A stretch of 63,995 nucleotides of DNA, filler included, from an uncultured Methanosarcinales archaeon (GTDB lineage: Archaea; Nanobdellota; Nanobdellia; Woesearchaeales; CAYZNE01): the NCBI GenBank assembly GCA_964405295.1. It is 12 parts of 12 records of this genome, joined end to end, with 100 filler letters (N's around TTAATTAATTAA, not from the genome) between each part and the next. Parts side by side here need not be neighbours in the genome. Positions count along the whole stretch, not along the records: positions 1 to 5,897 come from CAYONI010000031.1; positions 5,998 to 11,812 come from CAYONI010000032.1; 10 more parts are not named here. The stretch is one strand, 5' to 3'. Of this stretch, positions 1-9,944 are shown in pieces. The notes beneath the pieces are model-generated. The model worked only from the letters and a program-made list of their open reading frames with translations, was not told the DNA's origin and ran no database searches. Every line of letters starts with the position of its first letter. Positions within the stretch are counted from its first letter, which is position 1. The position numbers and the translations under genes were made by a program.

Positions 1-234
1 GTGAATATTATCAGGCTCCATCGCCCCGTCTTCGTATATTATTTTTTCTAGTATGATCCACTCTTTTTTAGCTAAAGATTTTTTTAATTTAGGTACTTCT
101 GATTTACTAATATGGCAGGCTCTTCCAAGCTCTTTTGTGCTTCTTCTGCATACTCCATCGTCATCGACGTTGATTTTGATTGCTTCGTATAGCATCGCTT
201 CTTGTTCTGTTAATTCTGATATACTTGTTGTCAT
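1..234 (-). CDS. HTH-domain (replication initiator-like) phage protein, N-terminal part, truncated by window edge
   Basis: Manual translation from ATG at 234: MTTSISELTEQEAMLYEAIKINVDDDGVCRRSTKELGRACHISKSEVPKLKKSLAKKEWI, a wHTH-like pattern; GGAG upstream; absent from ORF track because it runs off the edge. Confidence 0.55.
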   Translation of the reverse strand, partial: MTTSISELTEQEAMLYEAIKINVDDDGVCRRSTKELGRACHISKSEVPKLKKSLAKKEWIILEKIIYEDGAMEPDNIH

Positions 235-533
235 GTGAGGCTCCACGTTGCGCGGATACAAAGCTATCATATGATAAGATTGCAACTCGCGATTTTAGTT
301 ACTGCGATGATGAATAATAAGGGAACGTATCATCGCTAATACTATTCAGCCGCTAAGCCTATCCCTTAATAAAATACTATAATATCACACTCTAATATTG
401 TTTTAAAGCTGATTATCGTTTTTTCGTCGTATGTAAACCGTCACTTCAACTTACTTTTTTCATACACCAAAACGGTATACACAAAACGGTACTTTCTTTA
501 ATTCTAGCTTGTAAAAAACGTCACTTGCTCAAA

Positions 534-1010
534 TTATTGTGTTTTTTCAGATAGATAAATATATGCTATATTTGGAAGTTCCTTTCTATATTCTTTATAT
601 TCAAAAAGACCTGCATAATAAAGCCAACCATTACTTTTGTTGAAAATTCGCCCTAATTCTTCGGTTTTATAAAATCCCGTGTGTTTTAAAAATATTGCTA
701 ATCTATTTCGCCTAGCCTTGACACTTAAGTTATAACTCCAGAACATCCTTGAAAACAAACTTATGATATAATCTCGTGTTAATATCTCTTCTTTTACTTC
801 TATCTCAGATACTTTCTTATATATAACTGTCTTCTTAAACATAAAAATTAAGTCATCTTGTGTTAAAGCTTCTAAAAAAGGTCTAATGTCCCTAGATAAA
901 GTATAAGAAATCGCTTTATCTTCGTGCTTCTCTGCTATACCTGACGCTAATAATTTATCGAGCGGTGTGTTTCCTTTTTCTTCTAGCATACTTGTTAATT
1001 TTTCTTCCAT
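534..1010 (-). CDS. hypothetical phage protein
   Basis: 158-aa ORF, TAATG-coupled to the YqaJ gene. Confidence 0.6.
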   Translation of the reverse strand: MEEKLTSMLEEKGNTPLDKLLASGIAEKHEDKAISYTLSRDIRPFLEALTQDDLIFMFKKTVIYKKVSEIEVKEEILTRDYIISLFSRMFWSYNLSVKARRNRLAIFLKHTGFYKTEELGRIFNKSNGWLYYAGLFEYKEYRKELPNIAYIYLSEKTQ

Positions 1011-1960
1011 TAATTGCCCTCTATTTTTAATGAATAGTAGCCTATACCCTTAGAATAATATTTTTCTTTAAACTCCGCTTCTGTAATATTTAAAGCTCGG
1101 CAAACTTTCTCTAAATCCATTTTAGACTTAGCCGTTCTTATCATTTTAATATCCTGACCAATAAAAAAGTCAAGATCATCGCCAAATTCTGAAAGCTGTT
1201 TAACTACTTCTTTCTTCTCTTTGTCTAGAGTCTTGTACTCTTTGATATAGACTGCTAATTCTTTCTGTCTTTCATCTATTTCACGAGCTTTTATTATTAA
1301 TTCATATGGTATCTCTTCTTCCTCAATAAAGATAAAATCACCTTTGCTTTTTTTCGGCTCGTTGCCTGTCGCAATATGGTTATCATAAAATTTCTTAGCC
1401 TCTTTTTCTAGCTTAGCTATATAATTATTATCCCTTGGAATTATTATATATTCTAACTCGCCTCTCCAAATTGTACAAAAATAACAGATATGTACCTCTG
1501 GACAAGTCGCTAATTGATGCTGAACTTGATTATAATGATGCGGTAAATGCTCTTTAAACTCTTCTAAGCTCCCGAACCTTTTTGATATATAATTAGGTCT
1601 TAAAGGATTTGGTGATTTAAATTCTGCAATAGCTGCGCAACTTGAGTTTAAGCCATCAAGCGATGACATAAAATAATCCATCTTTTCGTGTATAACAACA
1701 GCTGGCTCAAAATCTTCTTCTACTAAAGCATTAAGCATATCTCTTGCTAATGGCTCTAATTCAGTCCCTCTCCTTGTGTCCTCGTTGCCAATAAAAAGCT
1801 CTCCAATTCCCATAATATCGTCGAACATTTTAAGTCTTGTATATTCGTATTTGTCCACATTCATAAGCGGGAACGATCTTGAAGCCGTTATTTTAAAATT
1901 TCTAAATGAAAGCCATTCTTCGTTGCTCCCTTCTTCTTGTGATAATTCTATAATCTTCAT
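1010..1960 (-). CDS. YqaJ/lambda-exonuclease family viral recombinase nuclease
   Basis: Motifs EWLSFR..ITAS, RGTELEPLAR, SSLDG, EFKSP, QVQHQL; adjacent to ERF gene. Confidence 0.9.
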   Translation of the reverse strand: MKIIELSQEEGSNEEWLSFRNFKITASRSFPLMNVDKYEYTRLKMFDDIMGIGELFIGNEDTRRGTELEPLARDMLNALVEEDFEPAVVIHEKMDYFMSSLDGLNSSCAAIAEFKSPNPLRPNYISKRFGSLEEFKEHLPHHYNQVQHQLATCPEVHICYFCTIWRGELEYIIIPRDNNYIAKLEKEAKKFYDNHIATGNEPKKSKGDFIFIEEEEIPYELIIKAREIDERQKELAVYIKEYKTLDKEKKEVVKQLSEFGDDLDFFIGQDIKMIRTAKSKMDLEKVCRALNITEAEFKEKYYSKGIGYYSLKIEGN

Positions 1961-2025
1961 TTTTTCTCTCTCTATTTTAGTAAGGCGACAAGGGTTTATT
2001 CCTCATCGCCTATCGAATTTATTAT

Positions 2026-2814
2026 TTAAATGCTAGTGTTAATCAAAATAACCATCGCTTGAAAAAACTTCTTAGGTAGCTCTTCAAACTTGCTGATTTT
2101 ATACTCTGCTAGCTTATCTGTGATAATTTTTTGATCTTGTAAATTAAGACTTATCTTATTTAAATGATCTAGCTGTTGCTTATCTATAACTTGATCTCTG
2201 TTGGGTTGTACTTTATTTTCTTGCTGTTTCGCTTTAACTTTTGTATTAGTTTTAGGCTTACCCTCTAACTCATTAAGCAAATCTTTATATTCATCCTCTG
2301 GAATTTTATAAACCTTACCATATCTTAATTTTATCAACTTATTAGCATCTGGATTATAATCAAAAAAGTTTTTAATCTTTTTCAAATCTGGATGTATTTG
2401 CGAATTTGCGTCATCATCTTCTTGAGCGATTCCGAGCATAGCTGACATAGCATACCTTCTCAAATAAGTTATTACGCTTCCCTGTTGCTGGCAATCGGGC
2501 TTTTTTGGTACGGCTTCTATTTTACTTTCTAACCATTCCCCCGAGCTATGGCATAATTTTGTAGTGACAGATACTTTTAAATGATTCCCTTCCGCAAATT
2601 GCATTATAGCTAATTCATTTTCACATAAATATTGCCTTGTAGCAGCTATTATTGTTGCTAAATCGGCATACTTACTGTTGAAAAAAGTATTTCCAACTGT
2701 TCTATATGCCTTATCAAAGCCTCCTTGAGCTTTGCTTAATGCTAAAACCAACGCTCCAATCCCATCAGAAGATTTTATCCCTGACTTGTTTTTAACTTCG
2801 ATTTGTTCTTCCAT
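2026..2814 (-). CDS. ERF family single-strand annealing protein
   Basis: ALSKAQ, NTFFNSKYADL, HSSGEWLES, QQQGSVITYLRRYAMSAMLGIAQEDDDAN. Confidence 0.92.
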   Translation of the reverse strand: MEEQIEVKNKSGIKSSDGIGALVLALSKAQGGFDKAYRTVGNTFFNSKYADLATIIAATRQYLCENELAIMQFAEGNHLKVSVTTKLCHSSGEWLESKIEAVPKKPDCQQQGSVITYLRRYAMSAMLGIAQEDDDANSQIHPDLKKIKNFFDYNPDANKLIKLRYGKVYKIPEDEYKDLLNELEGKPKTNTKVKAKQQENKVQPNRDQVIDKQQLDHLNKISLNLQDQKIITDKLAEYKISKFEELPKKFFQAMVILINTSI

Positions 2815-2996
2815 TATTCTGCCCCTATTTTGTTTAGTTCTTCGATTAAATCTTCTTTTATAATGTCTATATTATCTATATATATTCGCCATTCTTTGCC
2901 GTACTTTCCATGGCTAGTTATTATAAGCCGATTGTTACCTAAAACATTATCTTGTCTTATATCTAAATCTTTATCTGCTTGTAAGCTTATCTCCAT
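2814..2996 (-). CDS. small hypothetical phage protein
   Basis: 60-aa ORF with AGGAG RBS and repeated promoter upstream, coupled to ERF. Confidence 0.6.
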   Translation of the reverse strand: MEISLQADKDLDIRQDNVLGNNRLIITSHGKYGKEWRIYIDNIDIIKEDLIEELNKIGAE

Positions 2997-3013
2997 TGTT
3001 TCTCCTATATCCC

Positions 3014-3065
3014 CTTAATTTTTATACCCTTATTATTACACAATATAAGTAATAAGTAAAGTAAA
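3014..3065 (-). promoter_or_regulatory. repeated phage promoter, copy 1 of 3 (others 3912-3953 and 4472-4524)
   Basis: Shared minus-strand motif TTTACTTATTACTTA..(T)ATAATAAGGGTATAAAAATTAAG directly upstream of an RBS and ATG. Confidence 0.7.
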
Positions 3066-3090
3066 TAAGCAAAAAATATAATTCAATTCG

Positions 3091-3291
3091 CTAAATAATT
3101 ATTAGTAAACATAATGCGAATAACAACCCTATACCTAACAATCTTGCAATAGCCCAATTGCTTTTTGATTCTGGAATATTACTGCTAGAAGCCCATATTA
3201 TTAGGACTATCAAGTTGACAATTGGTATGAACATTACTAGCTCCGAAAAAAACCAGTTTGAAATTGATATTGTTTTATTTTCATTATACAT
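3091..3291 (-). CDS. small membrane protein
   Basis: 66 aa, two hydrophobic segments, IPIVNLIVLIIWA..SKSNWAIA motif. Confidence 0.65.
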   Translation of the reverse strand: MYNENKTISISNWFFSELVMFIPIVNLIVLIIWASSSNIPESKSNWAIARLLGIGLLFALCLLIII

Positions 3292-3292
3292 T

Positions 3293-3493
3293 TTATTTGT
3301 CCCTCTTTAAGTTTTCTAAGTGCCATCCTTTAGAATAAGCACTATATAATTTTATGCGAATTTTAAAAATAGTATCGCTTCCTATTCTTCCAGTTGGAAG
3401 TCTTTTAATAAATTCTTTGTTTAGAGCGAGCGCACTTCCGATACCTATTTTAAAAGCATCTTTACCCCTTCTCATAGCTTCTTCTATATCCAT
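3293..3493 (-). CDS. hypothetical phage protein
   Basis: 66-aa ORF co-oriented in a small-gene cluster. Confidence 0.55.
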   Translation of the reverse strand: MDIEEAMRRGKDAFKIGIGSALALNKEFIKRLPTGRIGSDTIFKIRIKLYSAYSKGWHLENLKRDK

Positions 3494-3687
3494 TGTGTAC
3501 CCTTACTTATTTAATCTTTTAATTTTTATTCCTTCAACCGCTGTACTACCTAAAAAATCAGAATCATAAATAGTTTCGTTTAATATCTTCTTCGCTTCTA
3601 TTTCGTTACCAGCCTCTATTTCTAGCGACCATTTTTTTGACTTTATCACATTATATTTATATATCATCATTATTCACTCCTGTTTGT

Positions 3688-3921
3688 TTAGTAATTATAA
3701 ATATCTTCGTGAGCTTCACATATTCCTATATATATCTTTTCTAAGCTACCTACGTGACCCCAATTCTTATTTTTCCCTTTTTCATTCTCTAATTTTGTTA
3801 TATAATCATTTAGCTCTTTTAATTTATCTTTTGTGTTTTCCAATATAAGTTCATAATTTCTTTTAACTTTTTCATTAATATAATCCATCTTATTTTCTCC
3901 TTTCGTTTTGTTTAATACCAT
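3688..3921 (-). CDS. hypothetical coiled-coil phage protein (likely start MDYINE, ~3888)
   Basis: AGGAG RBS before the internal ATG; NWGHVGSL motif. Confidence 0.6.
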   Translation of the reverse strand: MVLNKTKGENKMDYINEKVKRNYELILENTKDKLKELNDYITKLENEKGKNKNWGHVGSLEKIYIGICEAHEDIYNY

Positions 3922-3971
3922 TATTATATAACATTGTTAAGTAATAAGTAAAGCTTTAAGTTAAACTTTTA

Positions 3972-4454
3972 TTATTTTATTTTATATAACTTCTTTCTTT
4001 CGTTAATTTTTATTGATCCGTGCATTGTTCTTATCTCTCCAAGGCTAAAAGTCTTTTTGCTTCTTCTTGAAAATTCTCCGCTGTGAAAATACCAAGCTTT
4101 TTTAGTCCTAGCCCATCTTAAACCAATGTTTTTGAGATCTTCTTTTATTTCTTTTGTATCTCCCTCAACCCATAGCCATGTCCCGCATATTTCAGCTTCT
4201 ACATCAAGCCTATTAATAATTGATATTACCTTATCTAATTTTTCTCTTAGCTCTTTGTCGTTCTTTAATATAGCTTCAATGTCCTCTAAAGTTTCAGTTT
4301 TATATAAAACATTTTTAAGTAAAAATTCATATTCTAAATTTATAACTTTCATAACTTCAACGCTACCACCTAAGTCAGGATGATGTATCTTTGCTAAATC
4401 TTTGTATTCCTTTCTTAAGCTTTCTTTGTCTGTTGCTTTGAAATAATTTCTCAT
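3972..4454 (-). CDS. J-domain (DnaJ-like) phage protein
   Basis: LRKEYKDLAKIHHPDLGG (HPD motif) plus C-terminal EICGTWLWV..GLRWARTKKAWY domain. Confidence 0.85.
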   Translation of the reverse strand: MRNYFKATDKESLRKEYKDLAKIHHPDLGGSVEVMKVINLEYEFLLKNVLYKTETLEDIEAILKNDKELREKLDKVISIINRLDVEAEICGTWLWVEGDTKEIKEDLKNIGLRWARTKKAWYFHSGEFSRRSKKTFSLGEIRTMHGSIKINERKKLYKIK

Positions 4455-4787
4455 CTTATTTGCTCCTATCTCTTAATTTTTATACCCTTATTATATACTA
4501 TATATAAGTAATAAGTAAAGTAAAAAGATAAATAAAAACAAAATATTCTGAACAGACAAGGATTTCTTGACTATTGGATTAATTATTGTTGCTCTCTAAA
4601 TCATCAAGATCAAAATCAATTAGTCCTCTCTCGATATTTACAACCTCGGCGTTTATCACGATCTTGGTATGTATTTTTAATCTACATAATATTATAATTA
4701 ACAGCAAGAGATAGGGCTGTACACCCGAAAACCCATTACCTTGATGGGCTTCTCTGTTCTTTAATAAGGTTAACTTAAGGAGTTAAA

Positions 4788-5546
4788 ATGGCTAAATCAT
4801 TAGTTATATGTGAAAATTGTGGCGTTGAGTTCTTAAAAGAAAATCATCAAATAAAAATAAAAAAGAATCATTTTTGTTGTTATGAATGTTCAAATCTTTT
4901 CAAAATAATAGATAATTTATCTAAATCAATAGGTAAAAAATATGGTCAATTAACTGTTTTATCTTTAGCATTTAGAAAAGATAGTTGTTCATATGTTAAT
5001 TGTTTATGCGATTGTGGAAATACTTGCGTGAGGAAATTATGCAGGCTAAATCGTGAAATAGTAAAAACATGCGGTAAATGTCCAGTAAAATTTAAACTCA
5101 TGAAACATATAAAAATTATAGATAGCAATACTTGGATATGGACATCATCTACTAGCAAATTTGGATATGGTCAATTTAGATATAAAGGTAATACTTGTCT
5201 GGCTCATCGTATGGTATACGAATTATTTATAGGAGAAATACCTAATGGAATGTGTGTCCTTCATAAAGATGACAACCCACCTAATGTTTGTCCAAGTAAT
5301 CTATTTTTAGGAACGCGTAAGGATAACAATCTTGACAAAGTAAAAAAAGGTAGAAGTAACAAAGGCGAAAAAAGCTATTTATCAAAATTAACAAACAAAA
5401 AAGTTATTAAAATAAGAGAGCTTTACAATACTGGAAAATATACGCAAAAAGAAATAGGAGAAATGTTCTCTATATCAGGTAATAGTGTATCAACAATAGT
5501 TAATTACAAAGTCTGGACACATGTTTCACGTGTCATTATATATTAA
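4788..5546 (+). CDS. HNH homing endonuclease with C-terminal HTH
   Basis: AHRMVYELFIGEIPNGMCVLHKDDNPPNVCPSNLFLGTRKDN; Cys-rich N-terminus; TQKEIGEMF HTH; AGGAG RBS. Confidence 0.88.
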   Translation: MAKSLVICENCGVEFLKENHQIKIKKNHFCCYECSNLFKIIDNLSKSIGKKYGQLTVLSLAFRKDSCSYVNCLCDCGNTCVRKLCRLNREIVKTCGKCPVKFKLMKHIKIIDSNTWIWTSSTSKFGYGQFRYKGNTCLAHRMVYELFIGEIPNGMCVLHKDDNPPNVCPSNLFLGTRKDNNLDKVKKGRSNKGEKSYLSKLTNKKVIKIRELYNTGKYTQKEIGEMFSISGNSVSTIVNYKVWTHVSRVIIY

Positions 5547-5570
5547 TTTTCTAAACTGTAAGGCTACATG

Positions 5571-5765
5571 TTAGTTGTTATCTATTCCATCAATTTCAGA
5601 GCTAAACAAATCATCGCCAATCACAATCTTTTCTGTAGTAATAGAAATGTTTACGTCTCTAGCTCCATCGTTATTATCGGATTCTTGTTTGCTAAGCGTG
5701 TGTATAGCAAAAAGCAGTAACGCCCCTATCAATAATATACTTCCTATCTCGTGCATTGCTTTCAT
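5571..5765 (-). CDS. small membrane-anchored hypothetical protein
   Basis: GGAGG RBS, N-terminal TM segment. Confidence 0.55.
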   Translation of the reverse strand: MKAMHEIGSILLIGALLLFAIHTLSKQESDNNDGARDVNISITTEKIVIGDDLFSSEIDGIDNN

Positions 5766-5997
5766 AATCTCCTCCTAATTTGAACATTTGTCAACATAAC
5801 GAAAAAATAATTTAGTATTACAATCAAAATAATACCAAATAGCCTTATTTGTTTTTGAATATTTTACAAAAAATACTCGATTAGTACTTGGCTCATANNN
5901 NNNNNNNNNNNNNNNNNNNNNNNNNNNNNNNNNNNNNNNNNTTAATTAATTAANNNNNNNNNNNNNNNNNNNNNNNNNNNNNNNNNNNNNNNNNNNN

Positions 5998-6067
5998 AAT
6001 TGAACCGTCGACACATGGATTTTCAATCCAAAACTGCAGCAAAAAAGAGACAAAAATGTCTCTTTTT
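5998..6067 (-). repeat. tRNA-Phe-derived att-like repeat R1 (truncated by contig start)
   Basis: AATTGAACCGTCGACACATGGATTTTCAATCC (5998-6029) followed by AAAACTGCA and hairpin AAAAAGAGAC/GTCTCTTTTT. Confidence 0.9.
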
Positions 6068-6238
6068 ACTTTACAGTTACTTGTGGTATGGCTCATTGTT
6101 ACTAATTCTAAATGAACGATATACTTGTTCTAATAGTATTAGTTTCATTAGTTGATTTGGTATATTCATCTAGAAATTATTTTGAAGACTTTAAATGCTA
6201 TGATAGAATAGAATCATACAAAATAGGAGAATTCAATT

Positions 6239-6964
6239 ATGATAAGTAATAATACAAAAAAAGCTCTACTAGAAACAGCAAGTTTTAATATGAGAACATA
6301 GATTATGGGACATTTAAATATTCTCTCCTTTTTCTGGTTACTATTGTTGTTCTTTTATTCTAGATATGTTCTAAAACAAAATGAAGTTGTTAGAAATAGA
6401 TTTCTCAAGATACAATTATTGTTAGTTCTTTTATACAATATCGGATTCTTGTTTGTTTTTCCTTGGAAAATCCCAATAGAGCTTTCAACAACATCGTATT
6501 TTGTAGTTCCTATAATAGTTCTATTCAGCATCAAGTATTTAAAAGCTTGGGGTGTCTATGCATCTATTCTTACTGGTTCTATATATTTTATTGGTATGTT
6601 AATAATGGGGAATAAACTATATAGTAATTTTCCTCCATACAGTGTATATACATCACTTTATAATCATGGAGCACTAATATCTTATGCACTTATTACTTTG
6701 AAAACCGCAGAATTCCATAAGTCTGAGAGAAATATAATCTGGGTTGGATTAGGATTATCAGCAGCATGGGCTCTATTACTCAGACCCTTAGTTACATTCA
6801 CAGGAAGAATATTTATATATATATTATTAGATGGTGATCTTATAAATATTTACTTTCCAAATAATTTGAATTTAAGATTTATAATCTATTACCCACTACT
6901 TATTGTAGTATTAATCTTTTCAGCTAATGTAGTTCATCTATTAAATCAGAAATTGAAAACATAA
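6239..6964 (+). pseudogene. multi-TM membrane protein (YwaF/TMEM164-like); probable nonsense lesion
   Basis: GGAG RBS and ATG at 6239 are in frame with ORF 6305-6964 but interrupted by TAG at 6299-6301; IPIELSTTSYF and YNHG motifs; ~7 TM segments. Confidence 0.55.
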
Positions 6965-7290
6965 AAAGTAGACTCTATTCCATAGAATCTGCTTTTTTAA
7001 TATCACTTAATGTTTTATATTAAATAAACAAATTTTCCTGTTACTCATATATATTGAAAAGGTATAGATAGAACAAAGTTCGATGCAGACAAACAAAAGA
7101 CCAAAATTAAGGTCTATTTTTTGTTAAAAACAGCTTAGCTATTTCTTATATTGCAACTATCTAAATGATTATCTACTATACCAACTGATTGCATATAAGC
7201 ATACATAATCGTTGAGTCTACAAAACTAAAAACTATTAATTTAGTGTTTGTCCGTATCTCTAGACAGCAATATGAAATTTTTAAAAAAGA

Positions 7291-7417
7291 GTAAATAAAA
7301 AAGCCGATAAACGGCTTAAATAAGATGTAGATGGTGGCTCCGAGCGGAATTGAACCATCGACACATGGATTTTCAATCCAAAACTGCACCAAAAAAGAGA
7401 CATTTCAGTCTCTTTTT
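7291..7417 (-). repeat. tRNA-Phe-derived att-like repeat R2
   Basis: 7332-7379 reverse complement GGATTGAAAATCCATGTGTCGATGGTTCAATTCCGCTCGGAGCCACCA (anticodon arm to CCA); hairpins on both sides. Confidence 0.92.
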
Positions 7418-7503
7418 GCTTATCAAAAATAAGTAATACGACTCTTTTTAACGCTTTTTAGTTCAACTAATTATTATATGCATTTGTTATTTTAATTCAC
7501 AAT

Positions 7504-9678
7504 TCAATTTTCTAAAGAGAATAAATCAACATTTGTTAAGATAACAATTTTGTCCCCTTGTAATGTCCATATTTGATTTCCCAAAAACATTACTATCTTA
7601 ATTTCTTCAACGATATTACCTTCATAATCCATTTTCAGTAAAAGTGATTGTCTATAATCTGGATAATCTTCAGTATATGGTGTAGCACTCAAATAGATAT
7701 AATCTTCATCGTGAGCAAAGTGAGCAGATGAAGAATATTGTTCTTGCAAGTCTTTAATTACATTTCCTTTACTATCAACAACAAGGATATGAAAAGGGCT
7801 CATACTTGCCCAATTCTCAACATAATCATAGGTTTGTGGATGACTAATTAAGTATAAGTCATCATCTATTGATATAATATCCCCAACAGGATTCAGATTA
7901 TCAGTATTCCATATTTCTTCATTTGTTTTTGTTACTTCAATTACAGTGATAGGACCACGAAATCCTTCTACAGCACTTACTGCTCTTGACATAATAAATG
8001 TGTTCCTATCAGTTACACCATACAATTCTCCAGGTAATGAGTATTCATCAATAATATTACCATTCAAATCAATTTCAACAATTAACTCTTCATAAGTATT
8101 AGACGCATCAAGATATATCATTTCATCTTTAATGATTAATCCATTGATTTCTTGATATATGACATTCCACAAAGATACCCCTGAATTATCTATATAATGA
8201 AGTTTTCTCGATATATTTAGGTCTAATAATGACACATCTTCATCTTCAATAATGCATTCAAAAAATAACTTGTCTCCATTTTCAAAAAGATATAATGTAT
8301 TACTCGAGCTTGTAGGACGCACATAAATCTCAGTATCTATTATTCCTTCAGAATCTGCTGTATAGATTGTATTCCTATCTTGAAAAATGACTTCACCATC
8401 ATTTTCTGAAATTACACTAACAAAATCTTCAACATATTGTGTCCATAAAACATTTCCATTAATATCTCTTCGTTCTAGTAATGAATCTTGAGTTAAAAAG
8501 TACCCATCTTCTATTACATCAACTTCAAAACTATCATCTTCAATCACGCTATATATTTCTTCACCTTTATCGTTTACATGAACAAAACGATATGTTCTAG
8601 TATCTAGAATATGGTATGAAAACAAAAAAGCTTTATCTTGTATTGCGTAAGCATCTATACCAAATATTGATTCAAACTCATACAAGACTTCAACTGAGTT
8701 AATATCAAATTTGATCAACTCATATTTGTCTACAATAGGTAAATCATATCTATATGGTTTACGCAAAGCAAAATAACTACCATCACTTGTATGTATTGGA
8801 TATATTTTTCTCTGTTTCAAACTATGAATATAAATAGATGTTAAGTCATTTACACTTAAAATTTCTGTTCCATCTTGCTCAAATATCCCTGTTGTACAAT
8901 TTCTTACACCAAAACAATATCTAACCAATAATAAATCATCATGGATATCTTTTATATCCCAAAAACTTCTATAAACTTCTAACTTCCACAATATATTATA
9001 ATCATAATCAAGTATTGCCAAAGACTTATGAGTATAGGCAGAAACTCCAATATCAGCATCATAATATTCAATAGCAATTACATTTTTTAATTCCTTATAC
9101 CCGAAAATATAGTAATTTGAAAAAATGGATAACATTTCACTACTTACTTCCAATTCTTCAATATTAATTGTGTATTGATTCATATCCCATTTTGCATATA
9201 AGGTGAAATTACTTGAAACCTGTTTGGAAAAATCGTAAGTCACAGCAAAATCATTGTCAGTATACCATCCATCAAATATATATCCTTCTCTTTGGATAGC
9301 TGGACTGTCAATATCTTTCAAATAATCTAGAGTGATGTCTTCTACTCCACTTCCACCATTTTCTTCAAAGCTAATTGTGTATTGATTTATCTCCCATTTG
9401 GCATATAGGGTGAAATTATTTGAAACTGGTTTGGAAAAATCGTAAGGCACAGTGAAGTTATTGTCAGTATACCACCCTAAAAAATCATGTCCCTCTTTTA
9501 AAGATCTTTCTGGTTCAATCACAAAATTCCCTTCAGATACTGATATTGTTTCAACCATAGATCCCTCATCAGTATCAAAACCCACATTATAAGACTGAGT
9601 GCAACCACTTAAAAACAGCATAAAAAACAGGATTGTTATAAATGCTGTAACTTTAATTTTTTCTTTCATAGATATCAC
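7504..9678 (-). CDS. lipoprotein with two InlB B-repeats and a beta-propeller-like C-terminal region
   Basis: Lipobox LSGC; repeats KEGHDFLGWYTD..TLYAKW and REGYIFDGWYTD..TLYAKW; recurring GNVLW/ILW blade motifs. Confidence 0.82.
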   Translation of the reverse strand: MISMKEKIKVTAFITILFFMLFLSGCTQSYNVGFDTDEGSMVETISVSEGNFVIEPERSLKEGHDFLGWYTDNNFTVPYDFSKPVSNNFTLYAKWEINQYTISFEENGGSGVEDITLDYLKDIDSPAIQREGYIFDGWYTDNDFAVTYDFSKQVSSNFTLYAKWDMNQYTINIEELEVSSEMLSIFSNYYIFGYKELKNVIAIEYYDADIGVSAYTHKSLAILDYDYNILWKLEVYRSFWDIKDIHDDLLLVRYCFGVRNCTTGIFEQDGTEILSVNDLTSIYIHSLKQRKIYPIHTSDGSYFALRKPYRYDLPIVDKYELIKFDINSVEVLYEFESIFGIDAYAIQDKAFLFSYHILDTRTYRFVHVNDKGEEIYSVIEDDSFEVDVIEDGYFLTQDSLLERRDINGNVLWTQYVEDFVSVISENDGEVIFQDRNTIYTADSEGIIDTEIYVRPTSSSNTLYLFENGDKLFFECIIEDEDVSLLDLNISRKLHYIDNSGVSLWNVIYQEINGLIIKDEMIYLDASNTYEELIVEIDLNGNIIDEYSLPGELYGVTDRNTFIMSRAVSAVEGFRGPITVIEVTKTNEEIWNTDNLNPVGDIISIDDDLYLISHPQTYDYVENWASMSPFHILVVDSKGNVIKDLQEQYSSSAHFAHDEDYIYLSATPYTEDYPDYRQSLLLKMDYEGNIVEEIKIVMFLGNQIWTLQGDKIVILTNVDLFSLEN

Positions 9679-9944
9679 TGTCCCTAATTATTATCTTCAA
9701 CTTAATTATACTTTATTCAATCAAAAGTTCAACAACAAAAATAATAAGGAATTATATATATTTTATATCAAAATCAATATCAAATTCTATATGATGCATT
9801 TAAAACAGTCTTGTGTTCCTGCATATCACTAGTTGCTCTTATTTATGATACTACTCACGTTATTAAATCTTAATAAAAAATGAAATTGTGCATGCTTTTC
9901 GCTTGTCCATGTGTCGACACAAGAAAATGTAACATGATATAATT

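Noticed and set aside
439..526. Short repeats CAAAACGGTA x2 and CGTCACTT x2 in a phage intergenic region
   Set aside because: Too short and too few to support a specific function; possible operators only.
5898..5997. N44-TTAATTAATTAA-N44 block, repeated 11 times in the window
   Set aside because: Artificial contig linker with stops in all frames. Adjacency across it is meaningless, and ORF-track entries containing X runs are artefactually extended.
6299..6301. Stop-codon reassignment (TAG readthrough) in this organism
   Set aside because: Single instance; the flavodoxin gene ends normally at TAG and other long ORFs are uninterrupted in code 11.
7332..7379. Functional tRNA-Phe genes at R1-R5
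   Set aside because: The 5' acceptor strand and D-arm are absent and the T-stems are mismatched; these are half-tRNA fragments.
7135..7392. ORFs 7135-7392 and 9863-10057 that resemble each other
   Set aside because: Translations of the tRNA-derived repeat; no RBS or coding signal.
9180..9480. ~200-bp-period DNA repeat inside the lipoprotein gene as a possible DGR or recombination substrate
   Set aside because: Explained by tandem InlB B-repeat domains; no reverse transcriptase and no obvious adenine-specific variation.
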